Source of the DNA: Heteronotia binoei
Taxonomy: Eukaryota
Direction: 5' to 3'
DNA length: 64,000 bases
NCBI RefSeq assembly: GCF_032191835.1
Contig: NC_083229.1
Span: forward strand, 81,468,001-81,532,000
Made by a program: the position numbers and the translations under genes. Shown piece by piece: positions 48,761 to 61,217 of this stretch (position 1 is the stretch's first letter; each line of letters starts with the position of its first letter). The notes beneath the pieces were generated by a model. The model was not told where the DNA came from, did no database searches, and was given only the letters and a program-made list of their open reading frames with translations.

Positions 48761-49899
48761 TACTATCAAAAATTACAAAGCAATAAAACAGTAGCTGACA
48801 CAGTTTCAATCACAAAGACTCATGCCTCATGTTAGACAAGTCCCAGAAAAATCCTGTGTCCGAATAATATCTAAAAACAGAAGGGCACAGGAGAAGAGGG
48901 CGTGAGCAGGGAAAGCCAGAATATTTAAAATCTGAATTCTGTAGGTATGATAGTCCCAGGCAGTATGGTGAATGTTCAGACCATATTCAACCAGTCATTG
49001 GAGTCATTCTCCCCTACCCTTCCAATTTTCAAATAACCTTTGATCCAAGGAAAGAATACCCCACAGCTCCTTTTCTAACTAAGAATCTTACAAATTGTTA
49101 CCAGGAGTCTAAACAAATAAACATAACTTTAGAGAACATGAAAACATGGTTTGTTTTTTAGTTAGTTTTCTGTCTTTTAAAATGTAGCATTCACGGTAGG
49201 AGGAGACTTGCAAGTAACAGGATAAATATAGTGTATCTCAGACTGTTCTTATGTTTTAATATTGCTAATATGTGTAATACATTTCTGTCCTGTCTTTCTT
49301 GCTGAGACTCAAGCCAGGTTAAAAGAATATTAAACACTCAATGATTTCAGGATTACAAAATTAGAAAACAATGCAAACAATAGATGGTGTAAGGCAGGGG
49401 TCCCCAATCTTCTTGCCCATGGGGGCTGCATTAGAGTACATAAAGCCTAAAGAGGTTACATCTTAAAATGTAACCAAATTATTAACCTTCCTATTTAGAT
49501 CAGAAGTAAATATTCAGAGGTCATTGAAGTGTTAACTTGAATGCAATCCATTTTGGAACAATATTTTATGTGGAACCCTTTATACAGTTACATATGCCTA
49601 CCTAATCAGTGTGATTTTTCTAGGAAGAAGTTTTTTAAAAATAGATTATGAATCTAACATTCTAGATGGCAGAGTTGAATCCTGAATACATTGACTCCTG
49701 TGAGATTTATTTCTTAATAAACACACCTCTTTGAGGTTTAAATCTATACATGCTAATACTTTAAAAATTGGGGGGCCCTTAAAAAAGGGCAGTTGGAGAA
49801 AGAGTGAATAAGAAGGCAGCCTCCCACCAGGAGCAGAGGATATGCCATTAAGTTGCCTTCAAATTCAGGATGCATATACCCATTACTGCCTGTCAGCCA

Positions 49900-52800
49900 A
49901 GTCTTAATTATGAGAAGCAACATGGCAGCTGGGGGGCGGGGAGGGGAACTTGACACCGCCATCTCACTGCTCTGTAAAAAAGCGCACCAAAACAGGCCGC
50001 TCGAGCAATGACACGCTGGCAAGGAGCAGGATGCAGTCTGTGAGCTGCAGTTCCGATTCCCATAGCAGCGGAGGTGGTGAGATACGTGAGATACGTGAGG
50101 TGGTGAGATACGGGGGCCGGGGGAGGCAGATCAGAAGTTGTGGGGCCCTGATCCGCAGCAAATTATAGTGCCACCTTTACATATTCCTCACAAGTAGTCC
50201 ACCTAGAGAATACTCAGGAAGATATGGTTCTTATGCTGTTTCCCAATAATTTGTTTTCCATTATTGGAGACCAAGTGAGGGAAGAAATGCAACAATTTTG
50301 TAAGAAAGGTGGCAAGAGAAAGCAGAGATCCTGTTCACCCTCCCCCTCTCCAACAAGGAGACCAAAAGGGAAGGGAAAATGGCCCACAAAAGCAAGTGTC
50401 TTCTGTAAATAGGGAAAGAGATTCATCTTCCTCTAGAGGGGATGATCAGTCTTAAAGGCTCAGTGATAAGGAAGAAGGGAAATTTCTGTTAGACGAGGAA
50501 GACCTAGATATAGAGTCCGCTCAGGGTTTTTTTAGGATAGAAGACTACCAATATCTACTGGTTAGAACCCTTACTGCTCTAGACCTCCACGATGATCCTG
50601 ATATTGAGGAGGAGGAGGAAAAATCCAAAGTGAAACACAGGGAAGGAGACGATGGAATTTTTTCCTCAAAAAGCAACTTATACAAAATTTTTTGAGAGAC
50701 AAATGCAAGCAGAGTGGAGGAAGTCATTTGCTAATAAACAGTACCCTGGCTTCCTTAAAAAGCTTTACCAATTATATTCATTTACTAACAGCTTTTTGCA
50801 AATCCCACTAGTTGACAATCCTGTTGCAGCTCTTCAGAGGTATGGTCTGGTCTCAGAGGATGGACAAGGCACCCTGAAGGACCACATAGATAAGAAGGCA
50901 GAATTTGCACTAAGAAGGGTTCATGAAGCATCTTCTATGGCACTTAAGGCATCTGCAGTAGGCTCCATAGTAGTCAAGAGTGTCAATAGCTGGATGAGAA
51001 AACTAATCTCTAAGATTCCAGAGGAGGACCATCACACAGTGGAAAGGAGCAAATCGTGTTCTAAAGGCAGTTTCCTTCTTGGCAGAATCCACCCTGGATT
51101 CCATGGTCTTCACCTCTAAAGCCATAGCATCAACAACAGCAGCCAGACGTTCCATTTAGTTGAGAGCATGATTGGTAGACACACGCTCCAAGAACATCGT
51201 GATGTCTTACCCATTCAGTGGAGATCAACTTTTTGGTCACGTGCTAGACAAAATTTTAGTAAACACCAAAGATAAGAAGAAAGTGATGCTAAAATTCATA
51301 CGTTGGCAGGACGGCAGGGAAACATATCAATCTTCCTTTTGTGCACAACATACATTGCCAGGATATCATCAAGAAAACAGAAGAGGCTCATGGAACTCCA
51401 ACAAGCAAGCCTTTGGTCGCAACAACAATGGCAGATTCAACAAATTTGGAAACAAGCAACCTGAAAAGCCAGAGAGACAATAAAGCAAGCAAAGCATGAC
51501 TATGCAACGCTACCAGTCGGTAGACATCTCCTACGCTTTCAACACTACTGGCAAACCTCCACAGTAGACGCTTGGTGCAAGGAAATAGTCTCCTACAAAT
51601 ACAAATTAGAATCTCAAAAGCTACCACCAGATCACTTTGTTTACTCCCCAAGTCACACAAATCCAATCAAGAGAGATCGCACACTTCAAGCCATTCAACA
51701 TCTTTTAGAAATAAAGGCGATAAAACCCGTACCACCAGAGGAACAGAAAGGGGAGTATATTCAATATTTTTCACAGTTCCAAAACAATCCGGAGATTGGA
51801 GAGCAGTGTTAGATATAAAATTTCTGAATACCTTTATTCTTGCCAAAAAGTTCCGAATGGAAACTCTTCGCTGTATAACAGAAACTCTCCAGCCAAGGGA
51901 ACTGCTCACTTCAATAGACCTTACAGAAGCATATCTGCACATACCAATCTTTGTGAGGCACAGAAAATACCTTTGATTCTGCTATCTCAATCAACACCTA
52001 CAGTTCAGAGCACTACCATTCGGTCTCTCATCTGCCTCAAGAGTATTCACCAAAGTGTTAGTCAACTTAGTAGTCGTTCTGAAAGAACAGGGAGTCCACA
52101 CTCATCCCTACTTAGACAACATTCTTATATGAGCACCTTCAGTGAAGAGAGCCCAGTTGGATACCAACAGAACCATTCAGTCTCTTCAGAACTATGGCTT
52201 CCTGGTGAACAGACAAAAGAGTTCATTGGAACCAACTCGTCGCCTGGAACATCTATGGGTCATTATAGACACATGCAGAACCGCCTTTACCTTTCACTTC
52301 AGAAAGCACAGAAAAATAAAGGAGCTAAGTGCATCAGTGATTCGGAGCAAGAAGTCATCCCTGATGACCTTGGTGACGCTGCAAGGTTTGATGATTGCCA
52401 CAATAGATGTAATCCAGTGGGGCAGATTCCACGCCAGACCACTTCAGAACTTTCTTCATCCCTATCGATTCCACATTTTGAAGAAAATAGACTGCCCCAT
52501 AAATAGACTACCACTGAAGCTAAAGGGAGAACGACCATTGGGTACTTACCGTGAGGGGTCCTTCTCTGAGGATAAGGAGGACACCTTGGCCTGTCCCTGC
52601 TTGGATCGTCATCGTGGTACTTTAGACATGTTAAACAAACAAACAGTAATGTAGTGGAGTTTTCAAACATTCCTGTTTCCCTGTACTTATCTATTTTCTC
52701 TGTACCTTCTGTTTATTAAAATTTTTCTAGTGTCAATGGTTTTCCAGTTTAAAGGAGGTTCCTGCTGCTTACAAGAGTTGCTGAATTGAGTTGAAGGTGA

Positions 52801-52928
52801 CTCCCAACGGAAACAGGAAGTTAAAATTTAGTTCTGCCTCCCTACGGATAGGTTGGGAATCACCCAAAAGTGTCCTTCTTGTCCTCAGAGGAGAAGGACC
52901 CCTCATGATAAGTACCCAATGGTCATTT
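49900..52928 (+). mobile_element. DIRS-type (tyrosine-recombinase class) retrotransposon: gag + RT + 3' terminal structure, internally deleted and 5'-eroded
   Basis: gag-like VDNPVAALQ..TLKDHIDKKAEFALRR..WMRKL and YPFSGDQLFG. RT motifs YSIFFTVPK.SGDWRAVLDIKFLN..FRMETL..SIDLTEAYLHIPI, FRALPFGLSSA.RVFTK, PYLDN and GFLVN..KSSL.P. About 55-bp inverted repeat 52533-52587 / 52868-52924; element ends in TTT. 5' boundary approximate. Confidence 0.9.
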
Positions 52929-53009
52929 CATCCTCAGGTTTACATAGGCCAATGAAGAAGACTTAGAACTTGGGTACAGTTCAGTGGGGAAGGTTAAATA
53001 AAGTGTTTG

Positions 53010-53625
53010 GAATTAAATTCCTGGTGGCAGTGTTACATACATTAAGAGAGAAGTTGTGACAACCACATATATATCACCACGTTTAATAATCTTGGAGAGA
53101 AGCTGGATTTCTTTCCTTGGAGAGGTTGGATGACCACACCAAAAACATGTTATACCAAATATGATGTTGGAAATGCAACAGGGAGCATCTTAACCACTGT
53201 CTATAGTACAGGAGAGTGATCAGAAATTTTCTTCTTTAACCAAACTTTTGGAACAGTTTCTTAAACTTTGGCTTCAGCTCAGTGTCATTATGTAACTCAG
53301 CAAGTTCTTCTTCCACTACCACAATTTTCTCAGTATCTGGAAATGGATTTATCACCCAATCTGGAATTTTCATCAAAAGAAAATCCTTAGATCACTCAGA
53401 CAAATCTTCATGCTGTATATCCAAGTGGTCACAAAAAACTTGCACCTTTCTTTTTCTAGCTCAGACAAGTTCAAAAATTGGTACAGCTTGTGATGCCCTA
53501 TATTGCATTTGTATAGTTAACTTTGAAATGCATGAAGAGATGACAAATTTGGCCTTAATAAAATTGATCATTTCCTTGCAACTGCAAATTCATTTCATTG
53601 AACTGTGCAAATAGTTTAATTTATT
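53010..53625 (-). mobile_element. Fossil hAT transposase C-terminus (Buster/Charlie type)
   Basis: Reverse strand, with stops and frameshifts: LFAQFNEMNLQLQGND; FCDHLDIQHEDLSE*SKDFLLMKIPDWVINPF; EEELAELHNDTELKPKFKK; VAFPTSYLV; KRGD. Confidence 0.8.
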
Positions 53626-54064
53626 TCCACCCTTTAATACTTTTTTCCTTTACATTTTATTACTGAATTTCTGAATAAAAATAATGTGTTATGTTTCTTT
53701 ATAAAGGCTGTTTAAAGATTAGTTTTTGCTGAAAATATACCCAGGTTTCCCCCCAACATATATATTACCATAATTTTCCCTTTTACTACCAGAATTTTTA
53801 TTTATATTTTCCTTTGAAAACCCTTTTTTTCTTTTTGAAATAAGTTAAGGTATACTAAATCTTTCTATAACCTAGAAATATTAATATTGGGTGAGCTGCA
53901 ACAGAAGTAACACATAGCTTAAAAAGTGCACTTCATAATTAATAGGTTCAGTAATCAAAGAACATGGGGGGAAAGCCTTACTCAATACTATTATGTTAAG
54001 GACTTACCAGCAAAAATTTGAAAAATGACAGACAGAATCACACAGAAGACTGCAGAAGCAGACT

Positions 54065-54318
54065 GCAGATTTATACCCCACCCTTCTCTCTGAATCAGAG
54101 ACTCAGAGCAGCTTACAATCTTCTATATCTTCTCCCCCCATAACAGGCACCCTGTGAGGTAGGTGGGGCTGAGAGGGCTCTCACAGCAGCTGGCCTTTCA
54201 AGGACAACTCCTGCGATAGCTATGGCTAACCCAAGGAAGGCCATTCCAGCAGCTGTAAGTAGAGGAGTGGGGAATCAAACCCAGTTCTCCCAGATGAGAG
54301 TCTGCACACTTAACCACG
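54065..54318 (-). mobile_element. Squam3-type SINE
   Basis: TTTATACCCCACCCTTCTC tail with AGAAGACTGCAG repeats, CACCCTGTGAGGTAGGTGGGGCTGAGAG core, tRNA-like head GGAATCAAACCCAG (reverse B-box). Confidence 0.85.
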
Positions 54319-55061
54319 CAGTTTCTTGAAATGTGGTATACTGGTCTGGCTAGGTCTCTGGTAGCATATTTAGTATAAATTGTGGTAGCTTCCACCAGAT
54401 TTTAGCAGAGGCAGAAACGTGGCCTGCCATTTGCCAGTATGGTGCCAGTTGTAAATAAATGGTTAGTTATAAAGAAATGAACCACACTGTTAAGGAACCT
54501 TCTTCTGGTACCCACCCTGCTGCCACCTTGCTTCTTAGGCTCTCCTAGGTAATCCCACTGCCCTCTGGGGGAGAAGTACTGTCTGCTTTAGGAACCATTA
54601 ATCTAGCTTCTCAGAATTCCCAGAACTATTTGGAAACTAATAGGTTCCATCACACTCTGGGGTATGAACATCCTAATCAGTGCCCTTGCAGAATTAGATA
54701 GGCATTGTAACCTTTGCTTTCAGCAGATAATGGTGCGATCAAGGCACATGGTGTAATATCAAACCCCCTCCCTCCTAAATCATGCTGCAGTTCAGAAAAT
54801 AAAATTCAGCATATGTCCCTTAATGGGGAGGTTCCATTAACAGGACAGGTCTAGGATTGCCATGTTGGCTAGAAGCCCTTAACTATAAGGAGGCCTCAAA
54901 GTGAGTACTGATTTTCCCCAGCACTATAAAATAATATGTGTCCAACACCACATTTGAGACCTGTTCTATCAGGCCACAACCGACAAGCTAAATGAATGAT
55001 ATGGCAACAATAGATAGCTAGATAGATAGTCTGCTCAAATTTGTATTTGTTACATCAGTAA

Positions 55062-55155
55062 CGCTGTCCAGCCATCTCATCTTTTACCATCCCCTTTTTC
55101 TTTTGCCTTCTGTCTGTCCCAGCATCAGGATCTTCTCCAGTGAGTTCTCCCTTCA
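55062..55155 (-). mobile_element. BovB 3' fragment
   Basis: Reverse complement matches 23175-23250 (GAAGATCCTGATGCTGGGA..GAAGGCAAAAG..GATGAGATGGCTGGACAG). Confidence 0.75.
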
Positions 55156-55567
55156 ACAATAGATTAGTTAACCAGAATACAATTTTTGTATTCAACAAAA
55201 GGAAATACAATATTTGGACAAAAGATCTCGTACAATATATAGGTATTTATAACATTGTAAATAGTGAAGTCTTTCACAATGTACATGTTGTGGACATAAT
55301 TTGCGTCATTTAAAAAAACATTCTTAAAAATATGCTGTATGTATGTGTCTACAATTTGTACAAGAATTAGCACTGTCTACTGCTGGGGATTGTTCTACAT
55401 CAAAATTATAATACTATATATGGAATGAATAAAATTTTGTCTTGAAAAGCATTTCACTCATTTCTGAAGAGAAAAGTTCTCAGAAAAAAAGGGAAAACCA
55501 TGTTTTTCAAGGACTTCATATTTTTTGAGTGGGTGGTGTCAACTCAGTAGAGCATAGATAAGAGTAA

Positions 55568-55765
55568 ACTGGGTTCAGGTAGCTGGCTCAAGGTTGACTC
55601 AGCCTTCCATTCTTCTGAGGTTGGTAAAATGGGTACCCAGCTTGCTGGGGGGAAAGTCTATATGACTGGGGAAGGCAATAGCAAAGCACTCTGTAAAAAG
55701 TCTGCCATGAAAACATTGCGACGTGACGTCACCCCAGCATCAGGAGCGACTGGTGCTTGCACCTT
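55568..55765 (+). mobile_element. 5'-truncated Sauria-type SINE
   Basis: Core CAAGGTTGACTCAGCCTTCC; 9-bp TSD TAAGAGTAA at 55559-55567 and 55766-55774. Confidence 0.9.
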
Positions 55766-56683
55766 TAAGAGTAAGCAGCTGATGGTCACTGGGTGATACT
55801 GTATGATCCTTTTAATTATGAATCCCAGAGGGAAAGAAGGGGAGGAATGCAGGAAAATATCACATTGATCTGCTTCCTTTTGGGGAAGACTCCTTGCACC
55901 AAAGAGAAGTGCTGTCAGGGAGCCATTAGTGTCATTTAAACAAACTGTGGCAATATCTGTGGTAATAGGATTTCATAGAAACCCATTTTTATTGGAAGAA
56001 TAAGGCTTTTGGCACCCTCCCCCAGTACTCCCTTGCCAGAGTATCCCTTCAACAAAACTTGTTGGTGAACCTGATATAAATTATTTGAATAATCTTTTAA
56101 AAAAATATTGTATGTTAGTTGACTTTTTTTTGTTTATCTGTGCAAGGTAGGTAAAGATGACAGATTTACAACATACAGAGATAAGTTTTTGTATCCGTTT
56201 ACCCTGGGCAAACTAACTTTGCATTCCAAAGGTTTTCCTATCTTCTCATTTAGCTCATTGGGTGCAGTTATAAGTAATGGTGGTGAGTATACTGAAATGT
56301 GTTAACTAGAAATGGGCATGGAGTGGACTATGGACCTACTTTTTCCATAGACTAGGGCCCACTTTGTGGTCCATGAACCTGGCCCATGCCCATCCTGCGC
56401 ACACAGACATCCCATGACCCTCCTAGGATGTTTGTAAGATGTGTGTTGGCGGGGCTTGCAAAAGCCATTTGAAGGAAACCCGTTCCCTTTAAATGGCTTT
56501 TGCAAGGTTGTGGGGTACAAGAGTGAAGGCCAAGCAGCAACTTCATCCACCTTGGAAGTAAGATCTTTTCTGTTCAGGAAAGGTTGCAGATAGCTAAGCA
56601 GTGGAAGCTGGTAAAAAACACTTTTGGTCACAGCTGCCACTGGCTTAGGTATGCTAATGTGGTATTTAAATGTGGTATCTAAA

Positions 56684-56972
56684 GGTGAGCCCAGTGGCAC
56701 AGAGTGTTAGAGCTGCAGTACTGCAGCCCTAAGCTCTGCTCATGACCTGAGTTCGATCCCCAGCGGAAGCTGGATTTTCAGGTCGCCGGCTCGAGGTTGA
56801 CTCAGCCTTCCATCCTTCAGGGTTGGTAAAATGAGTACCCAGCTTGCTGGGGGGAAAGTGTAGATGGCTGGGGAAGGCAATGGCAAACCACCCCATAAAA
56901 AGTCTGCCGTTGTGAAAGCAACGTCACCCCAGAGTTGGAAACAACTGGTGCTTGCACAGGGGACCTTTCCTT
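56684..56972 (+). mobile_element. Full-length Sauria-type SINE
   Basis: A-box/B-box head, core and GGGGACCTTTCCTTT tail; TCTAAA duplicated at 56678-56683 and 56973-56978. Confidence 0.92.
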
Positions 56973-57454
56973 TCTAAATAGAGACTGCCTTTTTAACCAT
57001 GTTGTCCTTATCTGCCAGTACACAAGGAACAATGTATAACTGAGACCTTACTTTCATGTCTTTTGGAGAGGATATTTTAATGTATATGTTAGATTTAGCA
57101 GCTGGAATTAATCTACTTGTACTTGAGGAAAGAGATAAGGAGGAAATGTGAATGAGAAAGCAACTTATATGGGGAAAGCTTTTGCAAAATGCATTGGAAA
57201 GAACAGTAGCTTGAAAATTTGATATAAGTGATGTATCATCTGCTCCTGTAGACTACATATAAGAACATTTCTTTCCCATACATTTGCATTTTTAAAACCA
57301 GTTAGTTATGGGTTGGCACTTAACTAGTTATTGCTGGATTTTATATTGATTGTTGTTAAACAGAAGAGTTAATTCCTTAAATTGTTATTTTTTCCTCAGG
57401 TGTGAAAAACTGCTGTGATAATGGAAACAGTGTTAGGTCAGAAAGGTGGGGGTT

Positions 57455-57690
57455 GGGGTGTCAAACCTACGGCCCACAGGCCACAACAGACCCTCCCTGG
57501 GTGGTGGGCTGTGCGCATGTGTGCGTGTGTGCGCCAGATTAAGCTCTCCCCACATGACTTCAAATAGAAAAACAATTAATTGCATTAATTTTGCTGACCT
57601 GAATTATTCTCCCTTGGCGGAGCGCTGTTTTTTAAGTTGATAATTTTTTATGGCCCGTGAGTGATGTTATAAATATCTATATGGCATCTG
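57455..57690. mobile_element. Decayed hAT-type non-autonomous element
   Basis: GGGGTGTCAAACCTACGGCCC left end; TATGGCCCG subterminal motif; right end unclear. Confidence 0.45.
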
Positions 57691-58976
57691 GCAAGTGGAT
57701 TTGCATGGCAAATACTTTGGATGATTATTTAAATTAGCTTGCAACTTTTTAAAAAAAAAATCCCTAGTTAATAATTCATATGTTAACTTTTTATTGTTAA
57801 ATTAGTAAATGTAGGTGAGTTTTTAAAGTATGTTATAGTGTATTGTCTGATAGATCACTGCCCTGAGTTATTAGACTAATGATAATAAAAAACTCAGAAT
57901 GTAAACAATAAATGAGTAGTTTCTTTCTGTATGCGTTTTTCATACAGACTAATCCAGCTCCCTTGAAAATTGTGAATTTGTACCAACTTTTGTTTAAAAG
58001 TTGTATATTAACAACCATTATTTCTGTCAATCCTAAAATGTTGCTTCAAGTATGTGTTTATGTAATATTGTTACATTGTGGTTGAAAGACTCATTAATAT
58101 CTGAATCAGATGTGCTAGAATTCTTCTTGTGATTTTTATCATATTGTTAAACTATATTTAGCCGTATTGTTTTTCATTCCATTATCTTTAACAATAATAC
58201 AATTTTAGTGTTCTCAGTTACTAATAATATCTGGTTGGAACAAATCCGCAGAAGTTAGGAGTCAGTATTTCTGGCCCTACCATCTCACAAGGAACATTGT
58301 TTTGTTCGCTTAGTTGCCATCTCTACCTTCCATAAAGTTGTGTTCATGCTTGCAAGTTCCACCATGTTCAGTGGGCATTATTCCAAGGTAAACAGGCATA
58401 GGTTTACCTTCTTATGAGGCCATCTCCTGTGCATGTTTACTTTGTGGGTTTTATTTTAAATCCATGTTGGTAGTTTTTTATGAATAGGAAGAAATGCCTT
58501 ATTTTATCTATGGAATGAAGAAGGGAGGGAGGACCCAAGAACCAAAGAATATGTGTCGGGAATTGGGTAGGGTGTGGTGGAAGAAAAGATTAAGAGAGCA
58601 AACAAGGGAAAGGATCAAGGGATGTATACAAGAACTGGAGGAAAAGAGACTTGGAAGGGGGGTGAGACTGAGGAGTTTATAGCAGGAAGTTGAAAAAGGA
58701 AAGAGATGAAAGTAAGTGTCTCTAAGAGCAAGAAATGGGGAAATGATCACTGGAAAAGGGACGATGGGAGGAAGTAAAAATACAAAGGAAGTCTATGTAT
58801 TGTACCAGTAATTTTTCCACAATGGAGCTATCAGTTGAAGTGGCTTCTGTATGTCCATGAGGTAGGGTGGAGATGAACTTTGATTCAGTCACTCTTGCCT
58901 ACCTCAGAGTTCCTCAGCATTTGTACTTTTTTCTTATTATATGAATCAAAATAAGATACAGAAATTTAACCATTGG

Positions 58977-59083
58977 CAGGGTTTTTTTTAGCAGGAACGC
59001 AGTCCTGCCTGGCTTGGCATCAAGGGGTATGGCCTAATATGCAATTGAGTTCCTGCTGGGCTTTTTTTACAAAAAAAGTCCTG
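58977..59083. mobile_element. hAT-type MITE, one-unit relative of 21079-21266
   Basis: TIRs CAGGGTTTTTTT / AAAAAAAGTCCTG; TSD ACCATTGG / ACCATTAC; internal GGCCTAATATGCAATTGAGTTCC. Confidence 0.85.
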
Positions 59084-59409
59084 ACCATTACACTAACAGG
59101 TATTCAACAAGTAAGTAAACAAAGGTTATAAGGAACTATATAGAGCTGTTCTCAACTAATAGCTGATTGCCAGCCAGCAAAAAATAAAATAAAAAGAAAC
59201 ACAAGCCATCTAGGTAATGATCATTGCATTATATCGTAATCCTAAATATATATCTCTTGTTGCCTGATTCCTGGCTGCAGCTCTTTCTAGCTCCCAATTT
59301 TTTTGGGGTCCTACAATAGTTTAATTTTAGGGAGAAGATAGTTGGAGCAATATCAAATTACCTGGTATGTTTATATTTCCTGCAGTACACACTTAATACA
59401 CACACACAC

Positions 59410-59693
59410 AAAGGTAAAGGTAGTCCCCTGTTCAAGCACCAGTAGTTTTCCAACTCTGGGGTGATGTCACATCACGTTTTCATGGCAGACTTTTTCCGGG
59501 GTGGTTTGCCATTGCCTTCCCCAGTCTGTTACACTTTACCCCCAGCAAGCTGCATACTCATTTTACTGACCTCGGAAGATGGAAAGCTGACTCAACTTTG
59601 AGCTGGCTACCTGAACCCAGCTTCTGCCAGGATCGAGTTCAGGTCATGAGCAGAGCTTGGACTGCAGCTTACCACTCTGCGCCATGGGGCTCT
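59410..59693 (-). mobile_element. Sauria-type SINE
   Basis: AAAGGTAAAGGTAGTCCCCTG tail through ..GCCATGGGGCTCT head on the reverse strand. Confidence 0.92.
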
Positions 59694-61217
59694 CACAAAC
59701 ACATGTGCACATATATATAAAAATAATGACAAATCAAATGCTAAAGTAAAATATTTACTAACTATAATATATAGGATAATATTTTTAGAAATTTGGCTAT
59801 CTTAGTTCAGTGTTACATCTGTCAGCAGTGCATTTACTACATTTTTTAAACTTATCACTGTTAGAGAATTACTGATTAGAATTCTTGGTTATAACAATGA
59901 CAAAAGACTCTAAGGTAGTACTCTGTCCTGTTTATTTATTTTGGAATTATATGTCTCCCACTCAAGCGGACTCTGGGCAGCTAACAGTCATAGTAAAAGC
60001 AATTTGAATTACAATTTATTTTTGAATTACTGGTAGTCCTTATTCCAGTGCATTATAAATAATTTCCATTTCTTTAAAAGCTTATTATCAGAACCAAATC
60101 TTAATCTACTCTAATATGTAATTTTTGATATTAATGCAAAATTACATCCTGTATATTAGTGGAAATGGATTTGTTTTTGTCCAGTGCACAGCAATATAAA
60201 TAGGCATTCATTAGCAAGTCCAGGACAAGTTCCACATCATCATCTAAGATGTTTTTAAGATGACTCAGCCAAAATTAAGCTCAGATGATAATTGTATTCT
60301 ATAAAATTTTATTACTGCTTCAAGAATTTTTCCCCCAAAATCATTTTATAAAGCCTACTTCCAGAAGATATGCACTATGTCAGCTCCTGAATATTGGCAT
60401 CATTAGTAGATGTCTAATACTGAGTTATCCCCATCGAAATAATGTCAGCATTGGAACAGACTTTTTACTCTTCCTTAATGGGAATCATCCACAATATCAC
60501 TGGTGTGCTTTGACCTGCATTGACTGACCTGGTATGCTGTGAAGAAAGGAAGACATCAGAGGAGAGTTAGAATTAAATGTGGAACTTGGCCTAGCAATCC
60601 AAGGGCAAAGCAAAATGGAGATGCCTGTCCTTGTTCAACCTCTCATGGTCCCATGTACATTCTGAAGGTTTCTATCACTGACTTCACCAGGACCTAAGCA
60701 CAGCTGTCCTCTATAAAGAGTGAAGAATCTGCCTGCTTGGATGAATGTTGCTGCTGCTACCACTGCTGGCCACTTCATACATTGCAAACTTTCCCATTAG
60801 GTGCTAGGACCAAATTGTCTCCTCCTGAATAATGCTAAATTAATTTTTTTGTGTTGTGTTAAACAATTAAATGCTTTATTGGGTACCAAAATAAAATGAA
60901 TACAAGAGTTGAGCTGAGTTAGACTCTTCTGTGTGTAGTAATTGTAAGATAAGAAACATTTTTGAGTCTACAACTGGGGAAAAAAATCAAAATAACAAGA
61001 TGATTGGAAAAGATTGTATCTTTATCCTTAGAACAGGAGAGCATAATTTTGATGACTAACTGGGCACAGTTTTTCATAATCTTGTGGAGGCATAGAGTAT
61101 ATTTTTAGACTTTGCCATTAGGTGATACCCTTTTCCTTCAGGTTAGAGAGTTCCACAACTGTTCTTTGATAACACTTGTGCAATGCCTAGTGTTCATATA
61201 ATAAACATCTGAATAAA

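Noticed and set aside
57380-57450. Exon-like segment (TTTTCCTCAG acceptor ... AAG|GTGGGG) as ROCK1 exon 2
   Set aside because: Its translation does not match the expected [25 protein letters not shown], and the donor is weak.
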